Shown piece after piece: positions 20,535 through 31,970 of a stretch of 64,000 bases of DNA. Every line of letters starts with the position of its first letter. The stretch's first letter is position 1. Origin of the DNA: Leptolyngbyaceae cyanobacterium (GTDB lineage Bacteria > Cyanobacteriota > Cyanobacteriia > Phormidesmidales > Phormidesmidaceae); contig CBDHHL010000032.1 in NCBI GenBank assembly GCA_965263355.1, forward strand, positions 2,816,001 through 2,880,000. The letters are read 5' to 3'. The notes under the pieces were generated by a model, which was given only the letters and a program-made list of their open reading frames with translations, was not told the origin of the DNA and made no database searches. Position numbers and translations under genes: made by a program.

Positions 20535-21002
20535 TCAGTCGATGGGCGCGCGCGTCAAGTGGGCTGACATCAACATGTATTTGTCACGTGGCCGAAAGTT
20601 TGCCTGGCCATAAAATCTCTGTGCCTTTGTGTTTTGTCGCGCTACCTCTAAATGTATGACTTGAATCTCTAGCGCTCGAGCTTCTTCCTGGATCTGATTC
20701 AGGGTCTCTGTGCCCAGACCCAGACCCCGAAATTCTGGTTTTATGTAGAGTTCATCGATAAAAGCATCTTTTCCCCCGAACTCGATACTGTAGCCAAACG
20801 TTAAGACAATGTAGCCAGCTATCTGGTTGTTTGCCAAAATTAGCCAAATCCCTCCCAGAGAGGAGTCGGATAATAGGTGATGTAATGCTTGTTTTCGACG
20901 GCTGTCAGGCATTTGGATGCCCTCAAACTGATGGTAAGCTTCAACAAATGGTAATAACTGTTGCAGATGATCAAGGGATGCAAATTTGAGCCTGGGTTTC
21001 AT
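20535..21002 (-). CDS. GNAT N-acetyltransferase
   Basis: IDELYIKPEFRGLGLG motif A; N-x-x-A-x-x-FY. Confidence 0.9.
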   Translation of the reverse strand: MKPRLKFASLDHLQQLLPFVEAYHQFEGIQMPDSRRKQALHHLLSDSSLGGIWLILANNQIAGYIVLTFGYSIEFGGKDAFIDELYIKPEFRGLGLGTETLNQIQEEARALEIQVIHLEVARQNTKAQRFYGQANFRPRDKYMLMSAHLTRAPID

Positions 21003-21086
21003 GATTCATATTAAAAATATGCAGATGGGAGTGAAGACCTTTGTGAGAGAAATATGTATGTGAAAGAAGAGTGAATTTGACTGTGG

Positions 21087-21671
21087 TTAGCGAAATGTTC
21101 TGTAGGGGATGTGGTGGTAATACTTTGGATAGCTATCTAACCGAATATGTAGCCAAGCAACCCCTCCGCCAGCTGTACTAAGCCAAACAGGTTGGTCATC
21201 GTTTATGCGTTGAGCCATGGCGTCACCAACGGCGGCCCATAGGGCATGCTGTTGAGAAAGCGGAGCATTTTGTATAAAGGCTCCTAAATGACCGTAATCA
21301 CAAGCAGAATTGGTTGGGCAGGGTGTAACAAGCATGGCATCCTGTCCCAAGTTCAAAAATGCAACGACGGATTGTTCTGCGTTGAAGTACGGTGAAAAGG
21401 TCTGGCGATCTGGTACTCGGGCTAGACTGGGACTGTCGATAATGACACACTCAAATGGTCGGTTGATGGTGGTATTTGTTACTGGCGGCGTTTCCCAGCG
21501 AAAAGCGCTAAAGGGCAATGATGACAATAATTGAATAAAAAATTCACGAAAGATAACATCGTGCTGCCATGCCTGAAGCACAGTGGCGTAAGAAACAGAA
21601 GATGAATTTTTCGTGATGACAATTCGAGTACTGTGAAGGTTATGTAATTCTTCGCTCCGTGAATTCCACAT
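21087..21671 (-). CDS. DUF6940-like hypothetical protein
   Basis: FRWETPP, F-x-NLG-x-DA, WLSTAGGGVAWLHIRLDSYPKYY. Confidence 0.7.
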   Translation of the reverse strand: MWNSRSEELHNLHSTRIVITKNSSSVSYATVLQAWQHDVIFREFFIQLLSSLPFSAFRWETPPVTNTTINRPFECVIIDSPSLARVPDRQTFSPYFNAEQSVVAFLNLGQDAMLVTPCPTNSACDYGHLGAFIQNAPLSQQHALWAAVGDAMAQRINDDQPVWLSTAGGGVAWLHIRLDSYPKYYHHIPYRTFR

Positions 21672-21919
21672 ATTACTTAGTTGATCCCCGACTATCGTAT
21701 GATATTAGCCTCATTTTCGTAGACTCTTCCTGGGATGTCTGGAGAGCAATGTAAATGTCAGTACATCTAGTGTCAGTGATTACACATTGGTTGCCTACTG
21801 AGATTTCATATTTTTGATGAGAAATTTGAGCATATTTGCGCGACCAATCTCACAGATTAACTAGGCATCATGGAAGCATAAAAATGTTGTTCCTGAATAG
21901 TTATCAAGAGAGCAGGGCT

Positions 21920-22120
21920 ATGATTGCCGTTAGAAAGACTGAACGATCACCAGAGATTATTTTGAGGCAGGTTTGGGATACTCATCAACTGACGCGTAAA
22001 GATCATGTCAGGTTGTCTTCCTTCTTGTTGTCCATTGTGGAGTTGACCCCTAAGCAGCGGGAGCAAGTTCATCATATTTTTGATGAGCTGAGTATGGGGA
22101 AGATTCAGCTGGTTGATTAA
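21920..22120 (+). CDS. small conserved cyanobacterial protein
   Basis: 66 aa from ATG 21920; ends ...IFDELSMGKIQLVD. Confidence 0.65.
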   Translation: MIAVRKTERSPEIILRQVWDTHQLTRKDHVRLSSFLLSIVELTPKQREQVHHIFDELSMGKIQLVD

Positions 22121-22153
22121 TGTGGTGACGTTCCATGGAACGTCACCACATTA
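22118..22153. repeat. 36-bp perfect REP-like palindrome
   Basis: TAATGTGGTGACGTTCCA|TGGAACGTCACCACATTA. Confidence 0.85.
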
Positions 22154-22163
22154 GCAGGTGTTG

Positions 22164-24866
22164 TCATTCAAAGATATTTAGTTGTGAATCGGGATCAGCT
22201 TCTTGGACCTTTGCTTTTTTAGATGGCTGGCTAGAGCTACCTTTGCGCAGACCGACAGCGATTTTGCTATGTTTTTCAATCTGCCCCATCACTTGTTGGG
22301 CGCGTTTGATGACGCTCGGAGGTAAGCCTGCTAAACGACCTGCTTCAATGCCGTAGGAGCGATCGGCTCCACCTGGTTGTACCTGATGAAGAAAAATAAT
22401 CTGATCTGGCATTTCTTTAACGGTTACTTGAAAGTTCGCCACATTTTTTAGTAACGATGCTAATTCATTGAGTTCATGATAGTGGGTGGCAAAAATAGTT
22501 CGGGCTCGGATATCGCTGGCCAGATGTTCGGCGACGGCCCAGGCGATGGAGAGGCCATCAAAGGTGGCGGTACCGCGACCAATTTCATCCAGGAGCACTA
22601 AGGATTTGGGGGTGGCGTGATTCAGAATATTGGCGGTTTCGTTCATCTCTACCATAAAGGTGGATTGACCGGTGGCCAGGTCGTCAACCGCGCCAACCCG
22701 AGTGAAGATGCGATCGCACACACCCAACACCGCACTCTTCGCCGGTACAAAGCTACCCACCTGGGCCATTAGCTGAATCAACCCCACCTGTCTCAGATAG
22801 CAGCTTTTCCCGCTAGCATTGGGTCCCGTCAAAATAATCAGATCGGGCGTAGGCTGGGCATGGCCCATCGCTCCAACCGATGATTTCCCGTACCCCAGCC
22901 CCGTGGAATTAGGCACAAAAAATCCTGCAGGCAGCGACTGCTCTACTACTGGATGCCGTCCAGAGTCAATCGCCAGAGTTCGACCTTGAACGATGTCAGG
23001 CCGACAATAGCCCTGATAGATAGCCAGTTCTGCCAGACCACAGAGCACATCCGCCGTCGCTACATTAACAGCGACTTTACGAATCAGCTCAGCATGTTGG
23101 CCCACATCCTCCCGTAGCTCTAGAAAAATTTCATACTCAATTTGGTTAATCTCATCCTTCGCATTCAGAATGCGCGCTTCTCGTTCCTTCAGTTCAGGCG
23201 TAATGTAGCGCTCTTCGTTAGTCAGGGTTTGTTTGCGAATGTAGTCTTCAGGAGCTTGTTTACTCTTGGCCCGAGAAATACTGATGTAGTAACCAAAGGC
23301 TTTGTTAAACCCGACCTTCAGATTAGAAATCCCAGTACGTTCGCGTTCCGTAACCTCCAGGTTGGCAATCCAGCGCTGGTCGCTACTCACCTGATCCCGC
23401 AGACCATCCAAATGGGCATGAACGCCTTCGCGGATTAGACCGCCATCTGTCAGGTAGAGAGGAGGGCTATCGACTAGATGGGCCCTAAGTTTTTGCCCCA
23501 TCTGCTCTAATTCCGATGGCACGACCTGTAGTTTAACCAGATGGGGAGACTGAGCATGGGCCATCAGGGCCGCCAGGTCCGGTAGCTTTTCAAAGGACTC
23601 GGCCATCGCGACTAGATCGCGGCCGTTGGCGGTACCAGAGCCAGCCCGTCCGGCTAACCGTTCCAGGTCATAAATTTGCTTTAAAATCAGCTGTAGCTGC
23701 TGACGCAGGGTGCCGTTGTCTATCAGTTCACTGATGGTGTGTTGGCGCTGCTGAATTTTCTCGATACCCAGCAAGGGTTGAAGCAACCACCGTCGCAGTG
23801 CGCGACTACCCATGGCGGTGGTGGTTTTATCTAATGCCCATAGCAGTGAACCATGAAAGATTCCATCCCGCACGGTCTGGGTGATCTCTAGATTACGGCG
23901 GGTCTGGTTATCAATCACCAGAAATTCTGTTGTGGTGTAAGTGGAGAGGGGTTGCAGTGGGGCCAAACTTTCTTTTTGAGTGTCTTCAAGATAGTTTAAG
24001 AGACCTCCTGCAGCCCTGACCGCCAGGGGTAAATGCTCACAGCCAAAGCCTTCTAAAGAACGTACGCGGTAGCTTTGCAGCAGGCGTTGCTTCGCTTCAG
24101 CGTGAGTAAACGCTGTTTGGGAACGAAAGGTATAACAGAATTGCGCCGGCAGACCTTCTGGGAGTTTGTCCGAGGTTTCTCCGGGGCGTAGCAAGGCTCC
24201 TAAATCAGGTGCATTAGTGGGCACCAGCACTTCGGCAGGTTGCAGCCGCATCAGTTCTTGGGCTAACTGGTCAGTGGCAGTCCCCTGGGTGGTAAAAAAC
24301 TCGCCTGTGGAGACATCTGCATGGGCCAGCCCCCAATGGTTATCGGCGATGACCAGGGCGGCTAAAAAGTTGTTGCGTTTAGCCGTCAGCATACCCTCTT
24401 CGAGAATGGTGCCAGGGGTAATGACACGGGTGACTTCTCGTTTAACGAGTCCCTGGGCCTGGGCTGGATCTTCCACCTGGTCGCAAATGGCGATCGCAAA
24501 TCCTTTCTCTACCAGTAGGGCACAGTAGCGATCCAGGGCGTGGTGTGGAATCCCGGCCAGGGGAACTTTGCCAATGGCTTTACCGGCATCTTTACTGGTC
24601 AGAACCAGTTCTAACTCACGGGCAATTGCGATCGCATCTTGAAAAAATGTTTCAAAAAAGTCCCCGACGCGATACATCAAGAGGGCATAGGGATAGGCAT
24701 CCTTAACGTCGGCATAATGACGCATCATTGGCGTCAAATCGTCCCGGTTGATTTCTTGATAGTCGGTGTACCGCACCGTATGCTTGAGCAACCGTTCTGG
24801 AATGCCCATGTCTTGGGTTGTCTTACCAGAGCGGCTGGCTGCGGTTTTAGATGCAGATGCGGTCAT
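22164..24866 (-). CDS. mutS: DNA mismatch repair protein MutS
   Basis: [39 protein letters not shown]. Confidence 0.98.
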   Translation of the reverse strand: MTASASKTAASRSGKTTQDMGIPERLLKHTVRYTDYQEINRDDLTPMMRHYADVKDAYPYALLMYRVGDFFETFFQDAIAIARELELVLTSKDAGKAIGKVPLAGIPHHALDRYCALLVEKGFAIAICDQVEDPAQAQGLVKREVTRVITPGTILEEGMLTAKRNNFLAALVIADNHWGLAHADVSTGEFFTTQGTATDQLAQELMRLQPAEVLVPTNAPDLGALLRPGETSDKLPEGLPAQFCYTFRSQTAFTHAEAKQRLLQSYRVRSLEGFGCEHLPLAVRAAGGLLNYLEDTQKESLAPLQPLSTYTTTEFLVIDNQTRRNLEITQTVRDGIFHGSLLWALDKTTTAMGSRALRRWLLQPLLGIEKIQQRQHTISELIDNGTLRQQLQLILKQIYDLERLAGRAGSGTANGRDLVAMAESFEKLPDLAALMAHAQSPHLVKLQVVPSELEQMGQKLRAHLVDSPPLYLTDGGLIREGVHAHLDGLRDQVSSDQRWIANLEVTERERTGISNLKVGFNKAFGYYISISRAKSKQAPEDYIRKQTLTNEERYITPELKEREARILNAKDEINQIEYEIFLELREDVGQHAELIRKVAVNVATADVLCGLAELAIYQGYCRPDIVQGRTLAIDSGRHPVVEQSLPAGFFVPNSTGLGYGKSSVGAMGHAQPTPDLIILTGPNASGKSCYLRQVGLIQLMAQVGSFVPAKSAVLGVCDRIFTRVGAVDDLATGQSTFMVEMNETANILNHATPKSLVLLDEIGRGTATFDGLSIAWAVAEHLASDIRARTIFATHYHELNELASLLKNVANFQVTVKEMPDQIIFLHQVQPGGADRSYGIEAGRLAGLPPSVIKRAQQVMGQIEKHSKIAVGLRKGSSSQPSKKAKVQEADPDSQLNIFE

Positions 24867-24996
24867 GGGGCGTTTGAACCGTGAGGACTCTGATTAATCT
24901 TATGATGTCTGCTCAGGTGCGATCGCTAAGATATCCAGGAAAATCCACAAACCCGTTTTCAGTGTCTAAAATCATCTGACGGATGCTTACTCGCCA

Positions 24997-25542
24997 ATGC
25001 TGACCGATATTCAGACGCGCAAGTTAACTAAACTCTTTCGCCTATATGATGCCAATGCTGATGGTGTGCTGGTAAGGCAGGATTTTATTGCCCTGGCTAC
25101 TCGTTTAGCTAATCTGCGGCAAGGACTGAAAGCGTCGCCTCACCATGGCCAAATTTTGAACCATCTGCAGCAGGATTGGGACTGCCTGTGTGCAGTGGCG
25201 GATCAAAATAGTGATGCGCAGATCACCTTGAACGAATGGCTAGCCTACTATGAGCAAGTTTTGAATGATATCAAGCAATATGCCAGTCGTGTAATTGCTT
25301 TGGTAACGTTACTGTTTGATGCGTTTGACCAGGACAATGATGGGCAGATTAGTGAACATGAATGGACTAGTCTGCTGTCAGTATTTAATGTGCAACCCAT
25401 CTATGCACGGTCAATTTTTATTAACTTAGATGTAAATCAAGATGATTGCCTGAACCAGGATGAGGTGTTGACCTTGATCCACGATTTTTTCTACGTCAGT
25501 GAGCCCTCAGCTCCAGCCAATTTTATGTTTGGCCCCTACTGA
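24997..25542 (+). CDS. EF-hand Ca-binding protein (calerythrin-like)
   Basis: Four loops: DANADG, DQNSDA, DQDNDG, DVNQDD. Confidence 0.9.
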   Translation: MLTDIQTRKLTKLFRLYDANADGVLVRQDFIALATRLANLRQGLKASPHHGQILNHLQQDWDCLCAVADQNSDAQITLNEWLAYYEQVLNDIKQYASRVIALVTLLFDAFDQDNDGQISEHEWTSLLSVFNVQPIYARSIFINLDVNQDDCLNQDEVLTLIHDFFYVSEPSAPANFMFGPY

Positions 25543-25578
25543 ATAGATTTTTATTAAGTTAATAACCCTATCTTTCGT

Positions 25579-26436
25579 ATGGTTTCCCTAAAAGCATCAG
25601 CGTCTGATTTCCCTAACCCAGTTACTTCTCAGTTATCCCCTGTACCGTTAGGGTGGTCAACGGACGATCGGATTGTGGTCCGTGCCCATCTTTTAGGGGA
25701 ACGTCTGGTGCTAAAAACGTTGGAAACGACGGAGGCCCTATCGACAAATCCGTTAATAGTTCGCGCAGGGGAGGCTGGTTGTGCGGTACTGCTGCGCTAC
25801 GGTGTAGTGGTGCTGTTTAACCTGGAAGCGGCTGAGGAAAAGACTTACTTAGGGTCGCTGACGCCACTGGTCAAAGAGCCGTCAGCAGAAGATGTGTTTG
25901 AGGAGCTGCTACTGGCGTTTCATCCCACGGCAAAAGAGCGTTTGGAGCAAGATACTCTCTGGCTCAGGGATTGTAGTGCTGAGCGGTTGCAAATTGTAGC
26001 AGAAGCATTGGCTAAAAGCGTCGTTTTGGACTATTACGAACAGAAGGTGTTTGACCTGTTTGCTCAAATTAAGCCGTTTACCACCGCGATTCAAAATCCT
26101 AAACAGCGGCCACCGAAAGAAAAGGAACTGTTGCGCTATATCGGTGGGACGTTATTAATTCAACAAAAGATGTTAGGCATTGTGGAGGTGGGGGATAAAC
26201 CCGATCCCATTTGGGATTTTCCGGATTTGAACCGCCTCTATTTGCGTTTAGAGGACGAATATGAACTGCGGGAACGCTTACTGATTCTGGAGCAAAAGCT
26301 GACTTTAATTTCCCGTAGTGTGGAGACAGCTCTGGGCATTTTGCAGCAGGCTAGTAGCCATCGGGTGGAATGGTACATCGTTATTCTGATTGTGGTGGAA
26401 ATTCTATTGTCGATCTACGAAATTTCGCTTCAATGA
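25579..26436 (+). CDS. RMD1/DUF155 family protein
   Basis: RYGVVVLFN, LAKSVVLDYYE, DKPDPIWD, C-terminal EWYIVILI TM. Confidence 0.88.
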   Translation: MVSLKASASDFPNPVTSQLSPVPLGWSTDDRIVVRAHLLGERLVLKTLETTEALSTNPLIVRAGEAGCAVLLRYGVVVLFNLEAAEEKTYLGSLTPLVKEPSAEDVFEELLLAFHPTAKERLEQDTLWLRDCSAERLQIVAEALAKSVVLDYYEQKVFDLFAQIKPFTTAIQNPKQRPPKEKELLRYIGGTLLIQQKMLGIVEVGDKPDPIWDFPDLNRLYLRLEDEYELRERLLILEQKLTLISRSVETALGILQQASSHRVEWYIVILIVVEILLSIYEISLQ

Positions 26437-26762
26437 TTCCTAGAACGTTGGCGAGTATCGCCTGTAAATCAACGGGGAATCAGAGAAAAGGAGTCAAGGA
26501 TGTCCTGCTGCCAAATTCAAGTACGGAAAATATCCAATGGGATCTGTAGTTTAAGGTAGTCATCACCTGTATTTTTTCTGTCTGTTAGAGTGATTTGCTA
26601 CGAGGGTGCTTAAACCACTACAAAAATTTATCACCATGTGTTAGAAGGTCAAAAATCGTCCAAATTAACCACGTCCAAGGTGAAACCTGTAGGTTTTTCT
26701 ATGGAGAAACATCGTCTTGAACCTGGAAAAGGGGTATTTAGCATCTTGTCAGGGAGAATAGT

Positions 26763-28751
26763 ATGGAATCTAAACCATTGCCAGTGATCCTGCGAAAGTT
26801 TGTCTTTCGAGATGCGTTATTGCCAGGGTATGAATGTTACCTGGATCACGATATTGATGCGGGACAAGAGTTGGCCCAGGTCAGACTGGTCAAGATTGGC
26901 ACCCCTGAACAAGAGCAGGTTTCAATTCCTGGCTACTTTGTAATGAGTAGCGCACCACCCAATATTGAAACCGCTGAAGAAATGGAGGAGTCTGAATTGC
27001 AGGCGTCAGCACGGGGCGTGAAGGAAATTGCTAAACATCTCTACGATATCTACACCCAACAAGATGGCCCTGACCCTGAATTGATGATTACCGTCCATGG
27101 GTACAACAGTGGCCGCAGTTCTGTGCGGAACTGGTACAAGAATATTTTTCAGTATATTAATCAATACGATACAGCGATTCCCCTTCAGGGTAACCAGGTT
27201 TTTATTGGCTATCGTTGGCCATCAGAAAGTATTGAGCTGCAGCGTTTAGGTGAAGCCTGTAAAGCCCTGCCACCCTTGCCACGAGACTTGATGTTTACAG
27301 GGATTGTCGGGGCGCTCATTTTACTGTTGTTAGAACTCACAACATTTCGTGATACGGTTGCTGGGGTTGCGATCGCGTTCCTATTAGTCCTCCTTTTAGG
27401 CATATCCACCATCATGATTACCCTGGTCATCCTGCGCATGGTGGTTTATTTTCGCGATCGCTACCGCGCTCAAAATTTTGGTGTTCTAGACCTGGTTGAA
27501 TTACTCAGACAACTTGACCGGGAATTAGTGAACCTAAAGGCAGCTGATATCAAACGACAAAAACCTGATGAACAGACCCCCTGTGAGGTAGCCGCTAAAT
27601 TCTGGAAACAGACTGATTGTAAGGTAAAACTCTCGTTTCTAGGCCATAGCATGGGGGGCTTTGTTGTTACGAATGTGGTCCGCATTTTGTCCGATGTGTT
27701 TGATACACGCTCCATTAGTAATAAACCCCCAGCGGACATTGGTTCTGTTTTTCGCTTAGAACGATTGATCTTAACCTCTCCTGATATTCCCATTTTGACC
27801 ATTGTGTCAAGTCGGGCAAATTTTCTGTCGTCTTCCCTGCGACGGTTTTCTGAATCGTACTTATTTAGCAGCGAAGGTGATTTGGCGTTACGGGTTGCCT
27901 CTGCTACGGCCAATTATTTTACCTTTCCCAGCAATACAGAAGATATGGGCTATCGCCTTGGCAATGTTTCCCTCAAAGCAGGCTCTAAAAAGTCCACAAC
28001 CTATGGCATCGTAAATCTCTCTGCTTTAGATGAACACTTTTTTCAGGGAACATCGTTAGCGGAGGCAATTGCCCGTAACCCAGATAAGGTGATGGATCGT
28101 TTATTCTTGACCTATAATTGGGGTAAGAAGGGGGGCTACAACACATTAGGCCAGTTGTTGGCAGACCGTACCCAAGCTGATCACTTATCAGCGAGTCATG
28201 GTGCTCAGACGGAACAATCTCCTAACATTACCATTGCTGATTTCTTTACCTACTTTGACTGTACTGACTATAAAGATGTGACATTCTCGGTAAAAGACGG
28301 GATGATTAGTCAAGAGCCTGCAGGATTATTGACCCGTGCCAAAGGTAAAAAGGCGCTGAATTGGTGGGATTATTTTCTACTAACTTTAGATGGAGCGCTT
28401 GGGAGACGAGATGTGCATGGGGGCTATTTTCAGGGAAGTTTTACCCAAGCCATGATTTACCGCATCGCATTTTTAGGATTTACAGGATATCTAAAAACGT
28501 TGGATGATGATCCAACCATGGCCTTTGACCCCCATGTGGCGTTAAGTAAGTTGCATATGCAATGTCGAACACTGGGCATTCAAAGTTTTCTCTCTCCTAT
28601 GCGCTACCGTGTGAATATTCAGGGCGAAAATATTATGCATAATAAGCAAGAACTGATTGATGTCATTGATCAAGAATCTACTCAAATTTTGCAGCCGGAA
28701 CAGATGATAAAATCCTTAGAAAATCAGGGTTTTGACGTTATCGTCAAATAG
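26763..28751 (+). CDS. DUF900-like alpha/beta hydrolase with an inserted TM hairpin
   Basis: VHGYN, YRWPS, GHSMG, SPDI, SSEGDLAL, late HGGYF. Confidence 0.75.
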   Translation: MESKPLPVILRKFVFRDALLPGYECYLDHDIDAGQELAQVRLVKIGTPEQEQVSIPGYFVMSSAPPNIETAEEMEESELQASARGVKEIAKHLYDIYTQQDGPDPELMITVHGYNSGRSSVRNWYKNIFQYINQYDTAIPLQGNQVFIGYRWPSESIELQRLGEACKALPPLPRDLMFTGIVGALILLLLELTTFRDTVAGVAIAFLLVLLLGISTIMITLVILRMVVYFRDRYRAQNFGVLDLVELLRQLDRELVNLKAADIKRQKPDEQTPCEVAAKFWKQTDCKVKLSFLGHSMGGFVVTNVVRILSDVFDTRSISNKPPADIGSVFRLERLILTSPDIPILTIVSSRANFLSSSLRRFSESYLFSSEGDLALRVASATANYFTFPSNTEDMGYRLGNVSLKAGSKKSTTYGIVNLSALDEHFFQGTSLAEAIARNPDKVMDRLFLTYNWGKKGGYNTLGQLLADRTQADHLSASHGAQTEQSPNITIADFFTYFDCTDYKDVTFSVKDGMISQEPAGLLTRAKGKKALNWWDYFLLTLDGALGRRDVHGGYFQGSFTQAMIYRIAFLGFTGYLKTLDDDPTMAFDPHVALSKLHMQCRTLGIQSFLSPMRYRVNIQGENIMHNKQELIDVIDQESTQILQPEQMIKSLENQGFDVIVK

Positions 28752-28800
28752 TTGAGACAGAGCTTAATCAGGCGAAATTTTTCAAAATCTTATTGTCTTA

Positions 28801-30540
28801 TCACTCAGAAAAGATTGGCTGGAAATCATATCGCTCATCGTCTTGATCGGCTGCATCAGTGGGTAAAAGCTTTACCAACTTCGCATGGCCTATGCGGTCA
28901 CCATTATTATCGAACTTAACAATACCGGTCGCCCCATCTATCGAAAACCTATCCGCAGCCAGACTAACCCCAATGCCAGTACGGGTGGGTGATGGATGAT
29001 TTTCGTCTAATGCTTTGCCAAAGGTCAAAATAGCATCATAGGCCATGGCAGATAGCCAATGAATGTCTGTATCCCAAAGTGAGTTAGCCTGATCAGGACT
29101 TGACGCTCTATCAGCAAATTCCAAGGGAATTGACGATATGCTCGTGCGAGCAAAGTTCATATCCCAAAATGAAACAGCGACCAGTTTATTAACCTGATCG
29201 CCGCATTTTGAGATTCTGGAGTCATACATGGCATTGTTGCCAATGATTAGAATGCTGTCAGATAGTTGACGGCTCAAAGTGCCAACTTTCAGGGCATTTG
29301 CAATAGATTTATCGGAATGCGAAGGTAATAACATAATAGTGTCGATTGCTCCTGAGCTAATCAACTGTTCGAGGGAGTTAATCAAAAACTCACTTTTATC
29401 AGAGTCAAGATCAGATAAATTAAACGACTTAACAACTTGTCCATTAGGAATATTGTTGTTGATGAAAGTTTCAAATCGCTCTTTTACAGGCTCACTATAG
29501 CCTGTAGCCTCTTTCTCATTATCTTCTGTGTAGAAGACCGCAACCTGACTGCGATTCTGGGCTAGTAAATATGCCCCAATTTTTTCGACTGCGATAATGT
29601 CATTGGGTACGGTACGGAAGCCAAATGTGTTGCCTGGTGGAAGTTCTGCAGAGGTGCTTGTTGGTGAGATTGACGTTAACCCACTGTTTGCATATACTCT
29701 TCTTGCTGCTAACGTTGCCTTGCTAGCATTGTGGCCGACAACTCCCAAAATATTTTGCTGCTTGACCAGCATCTGAGCAACAGTCTCGGCGCTCTGTGGG
29801 CTGTTGGCAAAATCATTAACAATCAATAGCTTCAGGGGGACGCCCTGAATGCCTCCGGCTTTATTAATATCATCCTGGGCCTGAGCGGCACCTCTTAAAA
29901 CTGCCATGGCCGTGTTAAAGCCAGAACCAGGTTCGCCACTCTGTAAGGACACAGTGACTGCTAACCCGTAGGAACGGCTAGATTGGTTGGCTAATGCATT
30001 GTTGAGATAGATCAGTGTTTCAGGCGAATTTTTATGAATAGTTCTGGCGGCTTTAAATCTGTTGATAGCCGTCTGATATTGACCAGCAGCATACTGTTCT
30101 ATACCCTCTCGTTTGGCTATTCTGAAGTCCTCAACTTTCTTTCCGTAGTTCTCGACTGATTGGGGAATAGTTGTTTCCTCTTGAATGAGGATTCTTTCTC
30201 CAGAACTAGTGATTTTGTTTTCCAGTTCTGGAAAGTCTAGTTTGAAAAGTTCCTGGGGTAGAATTATGCTATTTGCTGACTCTGATTCAGGGGGAGTGAC
30301 AGCTGTATCATTTATCTTGAAACAAACTAAGCTGTTAGCATCAAATTTAGTTGATTCAGTAATTTGAGGGGTGCCTGATTCGGGAATTTGAGATTCTCTA
30401 GAGATAGCACTTCTATATATAGTGATTCCAGATATGACTATGCCAGATAACGTGGCGGCAATTCCGATGACAGCTAGTGAAGAGTAAGCAACCAAATTTA
30501 GCCCTGATGCAACAGTATGGCTTCTGCTACGGTCTCGCAT
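28801..30540 (-). CDS. membrane-anchored LivJ-like periplasmic binding protein with TPR-like segment
   Basis: N-terminal TM; PETLIYLNNA, GAAQAQ, LGVVGH, ISPTSTS, FRTVPND, GATG. Confidence 0.8.
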   Translation of the reverse strand: MRDRSRSHTVASGLNLVAYSSLAVIGIAATLSGIVISGITIYRSAISRESQIPESGTPQITESTKFDANSLVCFKINDTAVTPPESESANSIILPQELFKLDFPELENKITSSGERILIQEETTIPQSVENYGKKVEDFRIAKREGIEQYAAGQYQTAINRFKAARTIHKNSPETLIYLNNALANQSSRSYGLAVTVSLQSGEPGSGFNTAMAVLRGAAQAQDDINKAGGIQGVPLKLLIVNDFANSPQSAETVAQMLVKQQNILGVVGHNASKATLAARRVYANSGLTSISPTSTSAELPPGNTFGFRTVPNDIIAVEKIGAYLLAQNRSQVAVFYTEDNEKEATGYSEPVKERFETFINNNIPNGQVVKSFNLSDLDSDKSEFLINSLEQLISSGAIDTIMLLPSHSDKSIANALKVGTLSRQLSDSILIIGNNAMYDSRISKCGDQVNKLVAVSFWDMNFARTSISSIPLEFADRASSPDQANSLWDTDIHWLSAMAYDAILTFGKALDENHPSPTRTGIGVSLAADRFSIDGATGIVKFDNNGDRIGHAKLVKLLPTDAADQDDERYDFQPIFSE

Positions 30541-30667
30541 GGGAAGAAAGTAATTGAATCGTACTGAATTCTCTACATGAAAAAATTACACTTCGTCCCC
30601 ATATATTTAGCTTACACAAAAAATATGCTTAAATTCCTAAATCCTTATGATTTGTATCAATAGCCTA

Positions 30668-30700
30668 CTTATGGGCCTGAATAAATATCAGGCCCATAAG
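30668..30700. terminator. hairpin downstream of the peptidoglycan-binding gene
   Basis: CTTATGGGCCTGA...TCAGGCCCATAAG 13-bp stem. Confidence 0.6.
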
Positions 30701-30727
30701 CTATGGACAGTGAGCTGAACGTTTTAT

Positions 30728-31210
30728 CTATACGAGTTGAGCTTGAGCCCGTTTCTCCAATGCTGCCCAGGTTTTGGGGCCAACGATACCGTCTGCATAA
30801 ATTTTGCTAGCAGCTTGATATGCTTTGACAGCCGCTTCAGTACGAGGACCAAATATGGCGTCAATTGGCCCCACATCTTTGGGATCCAATGTAGTTTGTA
30901 GTACGGTAACGTCGTTACCTTGGTCCCCTCGGCGAACTATAGGAAGTTGATTGATGAGGGCCGTATTTGCTTTCAGCGAACGCCATGTGAGAGGACCGGC
31001 AATACCGTCTTGGAATAACAGATAGCGAAATTGAGCAATACGAACAGCAGCTTCTGTTTTGGGGCCATATAGACCATCTAGCTTGAGAGCTGTGATGACT
31101 CCGCCGACAGGATTGCCTGCAAATCGATCATTGAGCACAGATTGTAGATCAATGACTGCGGGACCGCGATCGCCAATTTTAAGTGTTGGAAAGAAGGTTG
31201 TAGTTTGCAT
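30728..31210 (-). CDS. peptidoglycan-binding protein (two PG_binding_1 domains)
   Basis: DGLYGPKT, DGIAGPLTW, DAIFGPRT, DGIVGPKTW. Confidence 0.9.
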   Translation of the reverse strand: MQTTTFFPTLKIGDRGPAVIDLQSVLNDRFAGNPVGGVITALKLDGLYGPKTEAAVRIAQFRYLLFQDGIAGPLTWRSLKANTALINQLPIVRRGDQGNDVTVLQTTLDPKDVGPIDAIFGPRTEAAVKAYQAASKIYADGIVGPKTWAALEKRAQAQLV

Positions 31211-31421
31211 AGAATTAACCCTGAAAGTGTGTAGTACTACAGTGATACGGTTGCAGGGTTAAAAATTACGGAAATCAAACAAATAATATTAAATTGGCAT
31301 GTCTTAACCTTGATTCAAATGTCCTAGATGCGAACAAGGTTGAAATAAAAAAGTTATGCCTTGTTCAGACATAACTCTTTTGTAAAAGTATGAAGGGGTA
31401 TTTGTGAGCTATCGGTTTCGT

Positions 31422-31970
31422 TTAACCGCCAACACGAATTAGTTCTACGTCAAAAATGAGGGTAGCATTGGGTGGAATGACACCACCTGCACCACGAGGA
31501 CCATACCCTAACTCAGGGGGGATAACTAGTTTGCGGCGACCACCAACACGCATAGTGGCGACACCTTCATCCCAACCTTTGATTACTTGACCAACGCCAA
31601 TGGTGAATGAGAAAGGGCGGTTGCGATCGCGACTGCTATCAAACTTTTCACCATTTTCTAAAGTACCCGTGTAGTGTACTGTCACTGCCTGGCCCTTGGT
31701 AGGGAGTGCGCCAGTACCGACCTCAAGGTCTTCATACATAAGGCCAGAGTCCGTGGTTGTCATATTGTCGGACATGTTAGTATTAGTTTCCTCGGTTTCT
31801 GCGGGGTTTAGATCAGACGCTGCCTGAGCCACTAATGTGGATTGTTCAGTTTTGCCAGTCATATCTGTGCTCACATTACTGGCGACAGCCTCACTGCCTC
31901 TAAGCTGTGTAGCTAACGCTACAACACAGCAAATTGCGAAAACCCCCAGACTAATAAAAACTTCTTTCAC
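31422..31970 (-). CDS. FKBP-type peptidyl-prolyl isomerase
   Basis: [32 protein letters not shown]. Confidence 0.97.
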   Translation of the reverse strand: MKEVFISLGVFAICCVVALATQLRGSEAVASNVSTDMTGKTEQSTLVAQAASDLNPAETEETNTNMSDNMTTTDSGLMYEDLEVGTGALPTKGQAVTVHYTGTLENGEKFDSSRDRNRPFSFTIGVGQVIKGWDEGVATMRVGGRRKLVIPPELGYGPRGAGGVIPPNATLIFDVELIRVGG

